37,562 nt of DNA, taken from the NCBI GenBank assembly GCA_031763465.1, contig JARFOE010000001.1, forward strand, positions 17,975,075 to 18,012,636. The letters run 5' to 3'. Each line of letters opens with the position of its first letter. Positions within the stretch are counted from its first letter, which is position 1. The stretch is from Squatina squatina (taxonomy: Eukaryota). Made by a program: the position numbers and the translations under genes. The notes beneath the pieces are model-generated. The model was not told the origin of the DNA. It searched no databases and was given only the letters and a program-made list of their open reading frames with translations. Below, piece by piece: positions 21,466 to 34,390 of this stretch.

Positions 21466-22967
21466 TACTCAGTTCAAATAAAGAACTGGCTTTGAGATGG
21501 ATCCGTTTAGCTGGCTCATCTAACACTGTGTATCAATAAAGACCAGTCCAGTTATTGATTTCTAAAATCAAGCATGCATGACCAGCTCGTTCTCTGCTTA
21601 ACTTGGCTTTTTCACCAGCTGTCAGTTCAAGTCCAAGGGACAGCAGAAGCAGCATGTTGTTTGCAAGTATAAGTACTTGATAAACAAACATGATGAGATT
21701 ATGTTGGTGCCCTCTTGACATTTNNNNNNNNNNNNNNNNNNNNNNNNNNNNNNNNNNNNNNNNNNNNNNNNNNNNNNNNNNNNNNNNNNNNNNNNNNNNN
21801 NNNNNNNNNNNNNNNNNNNNNNNGTTTTTAAAGTGAGATTTGGAGCAGGCTGTGCCCAGCTAATTTACAAAATGAGCCTGTCTGAAAACTCCCAATGCTT
21901 TTATAATGCACTTTCACAGTTAATTCATAATTTATATTACTATTCATGGAACAGTACCCGAACAGTGAGTCAACACCTTTAGGAGAGCTGGGGTGAGGGG
22001 AAAATTGGCAAGAAAAAGATCTGCTACACACACCTCACAACATATTTCATATATGTAGCATTTTGACATGAAGAACATTAAAATCCCCTTAACCAGCAAA
22101 TATTTTTAGTCATGAACAGATGATGAATTGAATCATATGTATAGTTTTGTAGGCTAATAAATTTATAATATAACATTTATAATCTGTACAAAGAGAAAAA
22201 GATTATTTGTCCTGTTGAATAAATCTTCTTTATATCCCCAGCAAAATTTCATCTCATATTCAAGCTGTTAGAATACCAGGAGCACTTTATCACAATATAA
22301 TTTAGCAAATGTAACATTCCTGCTCATAAAATTAAAGCAAATTGAAGANNNNNNNNNNNNNNNNNNNNNNNNNNNNNNNNNNNNNNNNNNNNNNNNNNNN
22401 NNNNNNNNNNNNNNNNNNNNNNNNNNNNNNNNNNNNNNNNNNNNNNNNTGGGAGAAGCCATGCCATCGTGACGAGAGGAATTCTCACCTCACATCATTCA
22501 GTAGCCGAAAGGTAAAAGTAGGCTGACATTTTGATTTTAACTCCCGAGTTCTGCGGAATAGCAATTGCCAAAACTATTAATCTCTCTTTCTCATTCTTTA
22601 TATTGTTTGACCTGTAGTGCATTTCCAGCTTTTAATTCTTTTGAGATGAGGATTTTTAAAGTGTGTTCCAGAACCATTGTAACTATATTTCATTAAATTG
22701 AAGAGAAATAATCCAACTGGTAGTTATAATAAATACACTAGTCAGCAACCTAAGACTAGAACTGAAATAATTGTAAAGGAAAACTATTTTGACAGGCAAC
22801 TGAAGTCCTGCAGTTGCTGCTGAAGAAAACTTCCCTTGGATAAACAGTAAGTGGTGACTCACTGAATTATAAGTTACACTTCAGCAAAACCAAAGTAAAT
22901 CTAGAATTTGAGCAAGGTTCACTATTAAGTTGCCCAAATTTGTGTTAAGGAAAAAAACATAGAAACC

Positions 22968-23085
22968 CTGACATCTGAAATAAAATCAGAAACTGCCGGA
23001 AATACGCATCAGGTTTGATCAACATCTGAAAGAGAAACAGGTTCACCTTTCAGATGTAACCTTTCATCAAAACTCTGATGACAAG
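22968..23085 (-). mobile_element. Penelope-type terminal fragment
   Basis: ATCTGAAATAAAATCAGAAACTGCCGGAAATAC...CATCTG..AGAGAAACAG...CCTTTCATCA is a diverged reverse complement of 26302-26385. Confidence 0.6.
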
Positions 23086-23481
23086 ACTTCGAAGTTGTCT
23101 TGTTTCAGTTTTCCATTTTGGTTCGTGGTTACATTTCTGACAAGGTCACCCCTTTAATTACTACTGTATAAGAAATGTCTTGTCAAAAAAGCCTAGGGGG
23201 CTATCTTAAAAATTCATATGCCAAAAGAATAGTGTTACATATGGGTTCAGACTGACCTCCCAGTGCCCCCAATGAAAGGTAACATACATCTTATGAACTT
23301 GAAATCTTCACATACATTATCACATTTCTGTACTGCTAAGGGATCATTTTTCTTTTTATATATATCCACATATAGAATTTTAAACTTTTCTGAATTCCAT
23401 TTTTGCCCATAAGGGAATGCTGGGACAAAAGAAAAACTTATGGGCAATTTTATGTTATAAAAGGCTTCATTTTTGTATTTT

Positions 23482-23640
23482 TGCTTTCAAAAAGGAATTG
23501 GATAAGTAGCTGAAGGGGAAAAAGGTGCAGGGCTATGGGGAAAGGGCGGGGGAGTGGGACTTGCTGAAGTGCTCTTGCAGAGAGCCGGCATGGACTCAAT
23601 GGCCTCCTTCTGTGCTGTCACCGTTTTATGATTCTATGAA
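23482..23640 (+). mobile_element. Short CR1 3' end
   Basis: GCTTTCAAAAAGGAATTGGATAAG...GCAGGGCTATGGGGAAAGGGC...GCAGAGAGCCGGCA...ATGATTCTATGA matches 33313-33476. Confidence 0.88.
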
Positions 23641-24352
23641 TCAGCACCTGATATTCAGTTCATTTGCGGTCATAACGGGTAGCTGATCTGATACCGCCTG
23701 CTTTGCGCCACTCCCCCCACCCCGAGATGAATTTCTAGGCCAGATTATGTTGTAAAATGTAGCTCGGTACAACCTGACCTCCAACCTCTCACTGGCCAGG
23801 CAAGACATCTCAAACAATTTGCCCTAAAAAATTTCGATCATTACTGATGGATCTGAATTATTTTTTTTTATTCTCAGTAATCAGTTGAAGGTTTCTCAGA
23901 ACTGAAACTACTGTGGAAGCTTTGCAGAGTGTCGAAACAGGATCAAGCCCCAACCATTGAAGGATTGAGTTTGACGTGTCTGTGTTATCGGATCACCTGA
24001 TAATATGGCGACATCGCGTGTATTTGCATTAAAACCTGACGCGAGAGCTTTCATTTTTGTTCTTTCGGCAGCTATGGTGGTTGGTCTTGCCTTGTAGTTG
24101 CGATGTGGCGGAGCGTCTGGAAATTAAAGCGAAAGTGAGTGAAAATCCAGGGTTGTGGTCAGACGGATTAACTCACCTTCTTGCCAATATCGGAACAGTT
24201 CATAAACAGAAGTCCCTTCTTTCTGCAGTGTAAACCAAGGATAATGGCGTGCNNNNNNNNNNNNNNNNNNNNNNNNNNNNNNNNNNNNNNNNNNNNNNNN
24301 NNNNNNNNNNNNNNNNNNNNNNNNNNNNNNNNNNNNNNNNNNNNNNNNNNNN

Positions 24353-24428
24353 GACCCTTCGTCTTTTTCTCTCCTCACAGATGCTGCCTGACTTGCTGAG
24401 TTTTTCCAGCGTTTTATGTTTATAATTC
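24353..24428 (+). mobile_element. Penelope-type terminal fragment
   Basis: CACAGATGCTGCCTGACTTGCTGAGTTTTTCCAGC is nearly identical to 26350-26384. Confidence 0.7.
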
Positions 24429-26301
24429 AAACATGGGATATGGCAAATTAAGCTCCTATACCACACACAAGCACAGTGACCTAGACATTATCAAAAGTCC
24501 AGGGAAAAAAAAGCAAATATAATTTCTTGCATAAACTGTATTTAAATTCATATATAACATTTGCTTCAGATTGTGACACTGGAGAATTCTTAAGAACAAT
24601 TTCACTTTAAATTGCTGACTATAATAAAAACAGTAAGCCCTCCAAAAAGGTTTGAAAAGTTCAAAAGCCTGTCATAATACTCATGATTAATGACTGGAGT
24701 ACCATTTAGGACTTTGAAAACTTTTTCTGTTATGACACAATTTGGATGCCTTGTGAGATATTTCCACTTCGGAGATGGACATCTAATTAGAGTTACCTAA
24801 GCTTCGAAAGTATGCCTCAAGTTTAATTATAGCCGACAGTTAGACGTGAGCTAAGAGAGAAAAAGCTTGTGCCATGAAATAATGAGGACTTCCAATAAAC
24901 AGAACGGCTGCTCAGCCCCTAATGATCACAAATCTGACAAGTTCAATTTGACACAATTTTGCTGTTAAATTGGGTCCCGTATTGGTGAATGGATCTTTTA
25001 ATAGAGAAGTGGGGAGGGAATGTTTTGTTCCTTTCCGTTTAAATTTCAAAGACTGGTGGATTAGTTACAGGCTTTGACTCTGGGAAACGAGCAATTCTTT
25101 GACACCTAAGTTATGACATCATGACAACATGATCCATGTTCGAACCACCTGTTTGTTCTATGAAAAGAGTTTTGATTTCCCAGGTCATTTGATCTGCTCT
25201 GTGTTAACCCCTCTGGAACAGTTGTAGATCGTATCTCTAACTTACTCGGCATCTGTTTCAACAATAAGTCTAACCCATGATGCATCAACTCTGACCTTCA
25301 CTCCTCTGCTGCTTAGTAACCACAAGGACAACAACTAAAAGTTTGGAATTGAGGTCCTGGAATTCAGGAAAACATATTCAGTGTTATCAGATGAATGTAA
25401 CCATGAGCTAAACAGAAATGCTTTAACATTTTTCTTTTTGGTTTAAATTTATTAGTTAACAAATTAAAAACTCAGGCTATATCTCTTGATATTTTGCTTC
25501 CAAATACAATTATGATGTTAATTAGTGAGAAAGACTCAGTTTGGATGTTAACACGGACCTGTGGATTATTCAACCTAGAAATGGGATTGTCAGAATACAT
25601 TAAGCCATTGTTATACATTCCAGATAATTCAAATGCTAAGAGATTATTTAAACTTGTACAAGCAAAAACAATTTACAGAAGTATGGGAACAGGGTGGTCC
25701 AGGATAAAATAGAACCAAAATTATCTGCACTATATACTGACTGGTGCCAAGGGCAGAGCAAAGGTTTGAAGAACAAGGCGTTAATTCCTGTCAATATATC
25801 ATAGCTTGTGCTGTTCAGTAACCACCCTCCTCATTGAATTACTGTAAACAAATCTATTACAATAGTTAATTTGGAATCTGAGCCCAATTTGACTTTGATG
25901 GGCTGATACGACTGTTTTCTGGAATGGCTGAGAGAGAAGTAAAATGTAGAGGGCACTTATGGGTGAGATTTGTATGAGTCCAAAGGATACAAGGTCTCTC
26001 AGGAACAGAAAATTACAAGGCTGCAGCTTCTGGTTCATAAAGGGCGAGAGGCCTGCCTACCCAAAGTGTGGAGAGACTGTTGCAAAATAAAACTGCTTAT
26101 TAAAATACCCTAAAATAAGTGAAGTTTGATTTCCATCTAGTTATAGAGCTACGGGCCTGAAATTATGCCATAGCAAAAAATACTTAACAGTCAGTCTCCA
26201 TCTGCACTTTTATCAGAGGTGATGAATCTGTTGAAAATAAATTGGTCAATACTTCTATTAAAAATAGTAGAGCAAGGAATTTCAAACCAACATTAAATAT
26301 T

Positions 26302-26385
26302 TTCTGATGAGGGGTCATCGACCCGAAACGTTGACTCTGTTTTTCTCTCCACAGATGCTGCCTGACCTGCTGAGTTTTTCCAGCA
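26302..26385 (+). mobile_element. Penelope-type terminal fragment
   Basis: TCTGATGAGGGGTCATCGACCCGAAACGTTGACTCTG contains the CTGATGA...GAAAC motif, followed by the common tail. Confidence 0.75.
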
Positions 26386-26739
26386 NNNNNNNNNNNNNNN
26401 NNNNNNNNNNNNNNNNNNNNNNNNNNNNNNNNNNNNNNNNNNNNNNNNNNNNNNNNNNNNNNNNNNNNNNNNNNNNNNNNNNNNNCAGAAGAGACCTAGG
26501 TAGGTATTCAAGTTTTTGTGAGGATTTCTTGTGGGTTTGTACTAAAATAGCCCCCAGCTTCTCTCTGCTGGGGTTTCCCTCCTGCCTTGCACCCCATGTT
26601 GCTCATGTGTGTATACTTTGTGGACAATTTCTAGTTACTAAACACAGTTGTATACAAGTAAATCACCGATGCACTTTGTGTTATTTCCAGCCACCTGTGC
26701 TATAATTAAAACTTTATCTGGGTGGTGCCAAATGTTACA

Positions 26740-26905
26740 GAGTATCTGGCCATTTATTTCATTGCTGTTTGTGGGAGCTTGCTGTGCGCAAATTGGTTGC
26801 CTTATCTCCTACATTACAGCAGTGACTACAATTCAAAAGTACTTCATTAGCTGTAAACCGCTTTGCGACATCCTGAGGACATGGAACGTATTATATAAAT
26901 TCTTT
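26740..26905 (+). mobile_element. DeuSINE (SacSINE1/AmnSINE-like) Deu domain and 3' tail
   Basis: CATTGCTGTTTGTGGGAGCTTGCTGTGCGCAAATTGG...CCTACATTACAGCAGTGACTACA.TTCAAAAGTACTTCATT.GCTGTAAA.CGCTTTG is the recognisable Deu-domain core. Confidence 0.85.
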
Positions 26906-27513
26906 CTCTCTTTTGCTTTTTCTTAGTCTTTTTTTCTTTCAATTCAGTTTATCCATTTCAAATTTTTGTTGTGTTTGATTGGTCTCTATCAAACAAAACG
27001 AATGCAAAGCATATGAAAAGTTGGCTTTGTGAAGCATTACACAAGATGAGCGCTGAACACAGCTTGAACTTTTCTCAAAAGTTGGACCCAAAATCTTTCC
27101 TAGTAAAGTTCTCAAAGGCCAAGGTGTCTAAATGACAAACTGACTTGAACAGGGGAACATAGTAGTGTTACCTGGGGGAATTGTTTAATTTTTTCCCTCT
27201 CACTCAAGATGTCAGTCACTTCACCATCTAAACCATGAGGGAGGGCAAAAGTTCACCTGAATTAGTGATCTCAGTTTTTCTAAAGCAGGCTGGAATCTTT
27301 GTAATGACCTTTACTGAACTGCTGCTCTTTCCTCAGTCGTTTCCAGATGCAATGCATTCGGCAAAATAAGTTTTACTCAACATTTTCTGACCCTGTGTAA
27401 ATGTGAAAACTAGACTATTACTTAAAATAAAAATACTCTCTGAAAATCATCTGGTTTAAGTCAGTTGTGAAAATCTAGATCTGTTACTGCTGATGAATAA
27501 AGAATGCACAAGA

Positions 27514-27733
27514 TATAACAACAGCTTGCATTTATATACCGCCTTTAACACAGTAAAATATCCCAGGGTGCTTCAATGGAGCCTAAACAGACAAAAATTA
27601 ACACAGAGTCAAGGAAGGAGACTTTAGGACAGGTGACCAATAGCTTGGTCAAAGAAGTAGGCTTTAAGGAGTATCCTAAAGGAGAAGAGGGAGGTGGAGA
27701 AGTGGAGAGGTATAGGGAGAGAATTCCAGAGCC
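27514..27733 (-). mobile_element. L2-clade LINE 3' end
   Basis: Minus strand LWNSLP...FRILLKAYFFDQA, followed by a tail ending TATATAAATGCAAGCTGTTG. Confidence 0.85.
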
Positions 27734-27964
27734 NNNNNNNNNNNNNNNNNNNNNNNNNNNNNNNNNNNNNNNNNNNNNNNNNNNNNNNNNNNNNNNNNNN
27801 NNNNNNNNNNNNNNNNNNNNNNNNNNNNNNNNNGCCAATACAAATTCTGCAGAGTCTATATGTGAGCCGGAAAACTGTGAAAAGCCGTGATATAAGTGTC
27901 AGCCAGCCGAGATAAAACCTCAAAATGGAGCCCACTCCCAGGTCTCGAAATAGCACTATAAATC

Positions 27965-28272
27965 ATAAGATTGAGGGTGTCAACCCCCTCCAAAAATGGG
28001 TGTTGACAACGCTATTTTTAAGTTTCAGCAGCCTCATTGAATTTGTCAGCAGGTGGCCATTTTGGGTATTGCGCCTACTGATGATGTAATTGACAGCATT
28101 TAGTGCTGGACGCTGAGTTTCCAGTGCTGGAGGTGTAACGCCCATTTAGCGCCTGCGTTAACGGGACCTGAATTTTCCATCGCTAAAGTTAGCGCCCAAA
28201 ATCGGCGTTAGGCCGCTAACGCCGACTTAACGCTATTTTAGAGCCCAAAAACAGGACTAGTTGGCCGCCCGA
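27965..28272. mobile_element. CpG-rich non-autonomous DNA-transposon fragment with internal hairpin
   Basis: Repeated AACGCTATTTT and TTAGCGCC motifs. Perfect stem TCGGCGTTAG-GCCG-CTAACGCCGA at 28202-28225. Confidence 0.5.
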
Positions 28273-28739
28273 CATAGCTGCTACAGAAAGAATGAATATT
28301 ACAATGGAAAGGATAAGGCCCAATTAATAGGGGAGATATTTTCAGCTTGACTCTTGTCGAGAGCGCATATGAGAAAATTGTGAACCCCTAGTGCATGATT
28401 GTCTGTTCATTAAAATTCTAAGATGCCAATAATATCTATATTCCCCTTGTTGCAGATACCTCTAACTCCAGTACTTTATCGCGCATGTTCCTTACATTTT
28501 GTATAAAAGCAGTTAAGCCCACTTCTTAATGCATTCCTTTTTTTAATTTGATCTTCTTGCTATCATTTTCAATTTCCTGTGTTTTTGATTGCTCATTTTT
28601 TATTTACCCCTCCCTCTGCCTTACTGGTTAAAATCTTCCCTGATATGGATCGAGCAATGATAAGGGGGGACAAATTATTAATTGGTCAGCAGAAGGTGAG
28701 GGAGTCGATGAGAGCTTTTTGGAGCAGAAATGGAAGGCT

Positions 28740-29600
28740 GTGGAACATTTTAATGTGCTAATGATTGGGATTTCAATATTCTGGAGGTTGAATGGACATA
28801 TCAGGGACAACTTGAGAAAACAGATAAAAATAAGAACAAATTTATCCAGCAGTCGTGTGATTTCCTCACATACTATGTAAGTCATCCTACTAAGGCAGAT
28901 GCTGTGTTGATTTGGTGGTTAGCAATCTGCCAGAGCAGGTTAATAACTTGGAGTTTGGTGAGGGCCTGGGATCTGATGATCAGCATATTGTTTGATTTGA
29001 TATTTTTGTCAAAGTTAAGGCCAAATATAACAACGGATGGTACAGGACTTTAGAAAAGTCGATTTTGGATTTATGAGAAGAGCCTTAGGTAATAATAATT
29101 GGGAAACTATACTTTGAAATAAGACAATGAAAGAAAAATACATTTTATGGCCATTATACAGGATACGGAAAAGTATATTTAATTTTATATATTTAATTTT
29201 ATAAAAGCATCGCAAGACCTAAACCACAGTCATCATGCTAATGGAAAAAATAGGCTATGCTTTTCAAATGCTACTGGAATTCCTTCAAGGTGTAACTAAG
29301 CTCACGGATGAGGGCAACCCAGTAGCTTATTTGGATTTCGAAAGCTATTTTATGAATTTCCTCATGTGAGATTGGTAAGAAAGCTTAAGGTTCATGGAAC
29401 AGTTGAAAAAATTGTCCTAATGGATTGAGAACTTCGTGTCAACAGAGAGCAGAGGATGGTGATCAATGAAAAATGTTCTTCCTGGGAAAGAGTGGAGATC
29501 CATAGGGATCCATTCTGGCTCTCCTGGTAAGTATAGTATTTGTGAATGTTATGGGTCAATACTGTCAATTATCTGATGACATAAAGCTCAGTGGACAGGT
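28740..29600 (+). mobile_element. Old, internally deleted CR1 ORF2 (endonuclease C-terminus joined to RT)
   Basis: DFN....W; HPTKADAV.DLVVSN; GEGLGSDDQ; DFRKVDF; then LLEFLQGVTKLTDEGNPV.YLDF.K...PHVRLVRKLK. Many frameshifts. Confidence 0.75.
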
Positions 29601-29617
29601 ATAGAGTACATACCAAT

Positions 29618-29758
29618 ATCAGAAATATGGGAACAAGAGCAGGCCATTCAACCCTTCGAGCCTGTTCTACCATTCAATTAGATCATGGCTGATCTGTACC
29701 TCAACTCCATTTCCTGCCTTGATTCAATATCCTTTAATACCCCTGCCTAACAAAAATC
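29618..29758 (-). mobile_element. CR1 3' end of a different subfamily
   Basis: GCAGGCCATTCAACCCTTCGAGCCTGTTCTACCATTCAATTAGATCATGGCTGATCTG is the reverse complement of a typical shark CR1 3' UTR. Confidence 0.75.
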
Positions 29759-31656
29759 NNNNNNNNNNNNNNNNNNNNNNNNNNNNNNNNNNNNNNNNNN
29801 NNNNNNNNNNNNNNNNNNNNNNNNNNNNNNNNNNNNNNNNNNNNNNNNNNNNNNNNNNATAGGATATTGCAGGGTGTGTCTTGAACTGCGTACACACAGA
29901 GCTTTTAGGAGCTCTAGTTAGTCATTCCCCATGGTGGCAAGTGTCACAGTTCTAAGACTACCCACAGGGCCACTGCACTAACTCAGCATGAATCAAACTA
30001 TTATTCCGGTGCTCAATGAATCCAGGCATGAGGCTACAATTTCCTTTGTTGTCTTTAATTTCTATCATCTGTATCATTATTCATGGTGTTCAGGCGTGAA
30101 TGGACTCAGTTTAGTCATTTTTTCCCCCATTATTAACATTCCCAGACCAGACCAAAAGAAAATGAATTACACAAAAAAACCTTGTTGGTATCAACCAAGT
30201 GATTATGGCCATATTTGACAGTTAAAAATGAGACTCCATATAAGTGTCATCCATCACCTAAGTGCAGGGTATGCAGACATTTGAATTGATGAAAGCCAAG
30301 AACAGGTTTTTAAAAATTGTGAGATGCAGTGGGAGTCTTGCTGCCAAAGATTAAAAATGAATTATTACCATGTAGTGTTNNNNNNNNNNNNNNNNNNNNN
30401 NNNNNNNNNNNNNNNNNNNNNNNNNNNNNNNNNNNNNNNNNNNNNNNNNNNNNNNNNNNNNNNNNNNNNNNNNNNNNNNCACTGCCATTACTTTATTATT
30501 TAAAATGTGGACTTTCTGTTTTTTGAGCCAAGGTGATACGTATTGACCTTCTCATCAAATTAAAAAGTAGACTTGGCCTTCCTAGATCATAAATCAAATA
30601 TTTTAATTCTTATGCAATTTGCCACTGTCAGAAAACTGATTTTTTTACCATCTCTGTTAACCTACGTCTTCATTTTTCCAGAAATAATGAAAACTTCAAT
30701 CATCCATCTCGCTGTGGTCAGTGAATTAATCACCTCATCATTTTTTCTCTCAGTCTGCAACTTACATGACAGCTAGTTGCCTTGTGCGCTCATAAGCTGC
30801 TGTGTCATCAATCATGGGGGAGCTGCAAGTGAGAGTAGGTCAGCATCAAAGGTACAGGACCTTCGAAAGAGCACTGTCCAACATCATAGTTCTGTTGGGC
30901 CAGATGAACNNNNNNNNNNTGATGTGCTATCTGCACATATAGGTATTTGTCACTTTGAAAGATCAAATGCTACAAGCAATACTTCCAAAGATTTTCTTTA
31001 CTCAGAAAGGATATCAGGTTAAATGTCCTTCAGGATGTGCAGAAAGTTGAACTATTCTACTGTGAACTAAAAGGAATAATAAAAAGGTGCAAGTAGTTTA
31101 CATCGAAGTCAGCTGTACTACAGCAATACTGAAAGACAGCATTAGACTTGCAAATATCCAAACTGTCTGCTTCCATAAAATATTTCATGCGGTTTCTTAT
31201 CAGATTAATGTTACTGATGTCTTTATTATTCAATGAATATTTAAGATTTTACTTTCTGATCCACTTGTGCTGCAATACAGATAAATGTCATTAGTTCTGG
31301 CCTTCTCCATGAAAAATGGTATCGGAGTCAGTGTTCTGTATTCTAATGCGCTCTGATTGTTGTACAGGACGAAGAGCAAAGCCAATCTTTGGTGCTTATG
31401 CACATGAAAGAATGATTTGTTCCAAAGATTGATAATTATTTAAAGACTATCATTAGATAACCCTAAAGTCATTTTCCCAGTTTAAGACCTCTCAAGTGTA
31501 AAATGGTTTCGAATTGATTTTGTAATTATCATGGCGTACAGTTCAAACAGGCAATAAAGATGGGATGAGGTTATCATGTTTTTCACATCACAACAAGCAT
31601 CATATCAAGACCTCTTGACATGACATCTGGTGATTTCTTTTAACAGTAGACATAAT

Positions 31657-31915
31657 GGCCTGGAACTTTTGTTCGGTTGCAGTTTTTTTCGGCGCAATTC
31701 GCCCGAAATCGTCCAAATCAGCACAAAAGATCGAGGAACGTCAAGCACAAATTACGTCCAGCACAAATCGAATTTCCGCAATCTTTTGAGCTAATTTAAC
31801 AAACATCCCACTAGAAGCTGGCCCTGCTCACAAAATGTTCCACAACCCCAGATCAAATTAATCACCACTGGGATTTTCCGCTAATTGCGTTCGTTTGCAG
31901 GACTTCGAGGAGGCC
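31657..31915. mobile_element. CpG-rich DNA-transposon-like fragment
   Basis: Starts GGCCTGGAACTTT, abrupt CpG enrichment, repeated AGCACAAA motifs. Confidence 0.4.
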
Positions 31916-32667
31916 CTTGTAGAATTAGACACAAAATGGAGATTTTGGGCAAGCCAGACCTAACAAAATGGAAGATATCTGAGACATAAAACTCCACAAA
32001 CCAGGACAGACAGGTGTGAGAAACCTGCAGTCCCCTGTCAATCAGGACAATTTATATGGTAATAANNNNNNNNNNNNNNNNNNNNNNNNNNNNNNNNNNN
32101 NNNNNNNNNNNNNNNNNNNNNNNNNNNNNNNNNNNNNNNNNNNNNNNNNNNNNNNNNNNNNNNNNCACGCACAGAACACAATATTTTATTTTATATAAAT
32201 GTCTTGAATTACATATATGCGTTAAAATAAAAGGAGAACTGTCTATAGCTCATATAAAGTGGAGAGATATGCTCCATGTCTTACAGATTTCATTGGTGTG
32301 TTATATCTTTTTGGAGCATTTCAGGTGTTGTTCCCTAAAGACTGTGTCTCAATAAGCATCTTCTGTCTTTCATTCTCTGTATCATGTTTTGTCAGGAAAG
32401 ACAAATCAGGAACATCATGCTTCACCACACACCATGAAACAGGACTAATTGTTTTTGGTTTAACTATTACATCTCAATGCATGTTTACATGATATACTCA
32501 CATAGGTACCATTTTGACAAAACAGGTAACTTTAAAGACAAGTGATGCAAAAAATATAAAAAAAGATCGAGTGCATTTAATACTCTCAGTCTTAGGTTCC
32601 AGCCTTATTTACTTATTTATTTTTTACTTATTTTGGAAAATTTTATCAGTGTTGACTATTTTGTCAC

Positions 32668-33476
32668 ATTAATGACTTGGACTTGGGGTACAGGGCACAA
32701 TTTTGAAATTTNNNNNNNNNNNNNNNNNNNNNNNNNNNNNNNNNNNNNNNNNNNNNNNNNNNNNNNNNNNNNNNNNNNNNNNNNNNNNNNNNNNNNNNNN
32801 NNNNNNNNNNNACAAGTTGAGAAAGCAGTTAAAAAAATCATACGGGATCCTGGACTTCATAAATCGTGGCACAGAGTACAAAAGCAAAGAAGTTATGATG
32901 AACCTTTATAAAATACTGGTTTGGCCTCAACTGGAGTATTGTGTCCAATTCTGGGCACTGCACTTTAGGAAGGATGTGAAGGCCTTAGAGAGGATGTAGA
33001 AAAGATTTACAAGAATGGTTTCAGGGTTAAGGGACTTCAGTTATGTGGATAGACTGGAGAGGCTGTGGTTGTACTCCTTAGAGCAGAGAAGGTTGAGAGA
33101 TGATTTAAAAGAGGTGTTCAAAATCATGAGGAATCTAGACAGAGCAGATAGAGAGCAACTGTTCTCACTGGTGGACAGGTCAAGAACCACACAGACTTAA
33201 GGTGATTGACAGAAGAATCAAAGGTGACATGAAGAAAAACTTTTTTGCACAGTGAGTGGTTCGGATATGGAATTTATTTCCTGAAAGGGTGGTGGAGGCA
33301 GGTTCAATTATGGCTTTCAAATGGGAATTGGATAAGTACTTGAAGATAAAAAAATTGCAGGGCTACGGGGAAAGGGCAAGGGAGTGGGACTAGCTGATGT
33401 GCTCTTGCAGAGAGCCAGCATGAGCTCGGCGGGCTGAATGGCCTCCTTCCATGCAGTAACCATTCTGTGATTCTAC
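32668..33476 (+). mobile_element. CR1-clade LINE: RT motif, gap, then ORF2 C-terminus and 3' UTR
   Basis: INDLDLGVQGTILKF precedes the gap (just before the FADD motif). After it: YGILDFINRGTEYKSKEVMMNLYKILVWPQLEYCVQFW, EQRRLRDDL and the 3' tail CATTCTGTGATTCTA. Confidence 0.92.
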
Positions 33477-34390
33477 GTTGTTTGAACTAGAACTTGAATA
33501 TCTCATATGCCAAGTGTTCATTAGCAGTCAGTGCCTCACCTTTGAGAACTTTAAAATTGTAGCTATGAAATGTAACTTAAATAGATCTGTCTTTGCAAAT
33601 GATTGATGGAATTATACACACAAACATTCCCCCAATATTTTGCATGCAGTTTATAGTCTGAAAAATGTTTAGCATTTGAACTAGGATGACTTTTTCCGAT
33701 ACTGTACTCCAGTACAATCAAAAACAATGTGAAGATGTACACAAATCTTGGCTCACTTCTTTTGGATTCATTTGCCTTTCCCAGTCACGTGAATATACAA
33801 TATGTCATGTCAAATCCTGATTACGACTCAGCTTTTAGACTAAAATCTATTAGCACTGTGGGAAATATTACAAGTGAGGCCAGCAAATCTCCAGACTATT
33901 TATTATCAAAATGAAAATGTCAGTGTAGAAAGGTGGCCATCTGACTCCTTGAGAAGCAGAGATTAAACTGGTCTATTAACTACAATTGCAGGCCTGCCGT
34001 GTTCCCTACGTGCAGATTATTATGCAGGGTAATTTGTTTAAGCTTATTTGTTTAAAAGAATTTAGATAATGACTGAAAGCATCAGTTAACCAAAAGCAAT
34101 ACCTGAAATTGTGAAAAATGGATACTGTTTGACATAAAATGTAGCTGTGTTCGAATAAGCATTCAATGTGAGGAGTTTGTCAAGGATATAATCTACTTTT
34201 TATCTTTGTGTGTCTGTCAGAATGATGACCATCCACTTCAGTTCTTTTGAAGAATTTATTTGAAAAGTGTCTGATCTTTACAATTTGCAGNNNNNNNNNN
34301 NNNNNNNNNNNNNNNNNNNNNNNNNNNNNNNNNNNNNNNNNNNNNNNNNNNNNNNNNNNNNNNNNNNNNNNNNNNNNNNNNNNNNNNNNN

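Noticed and set aside
21533-21721. 62-aa ORF with a hydrophobic stretch
   Set aside because: No recognisable domain or splice support, and the length is compatible with chance.
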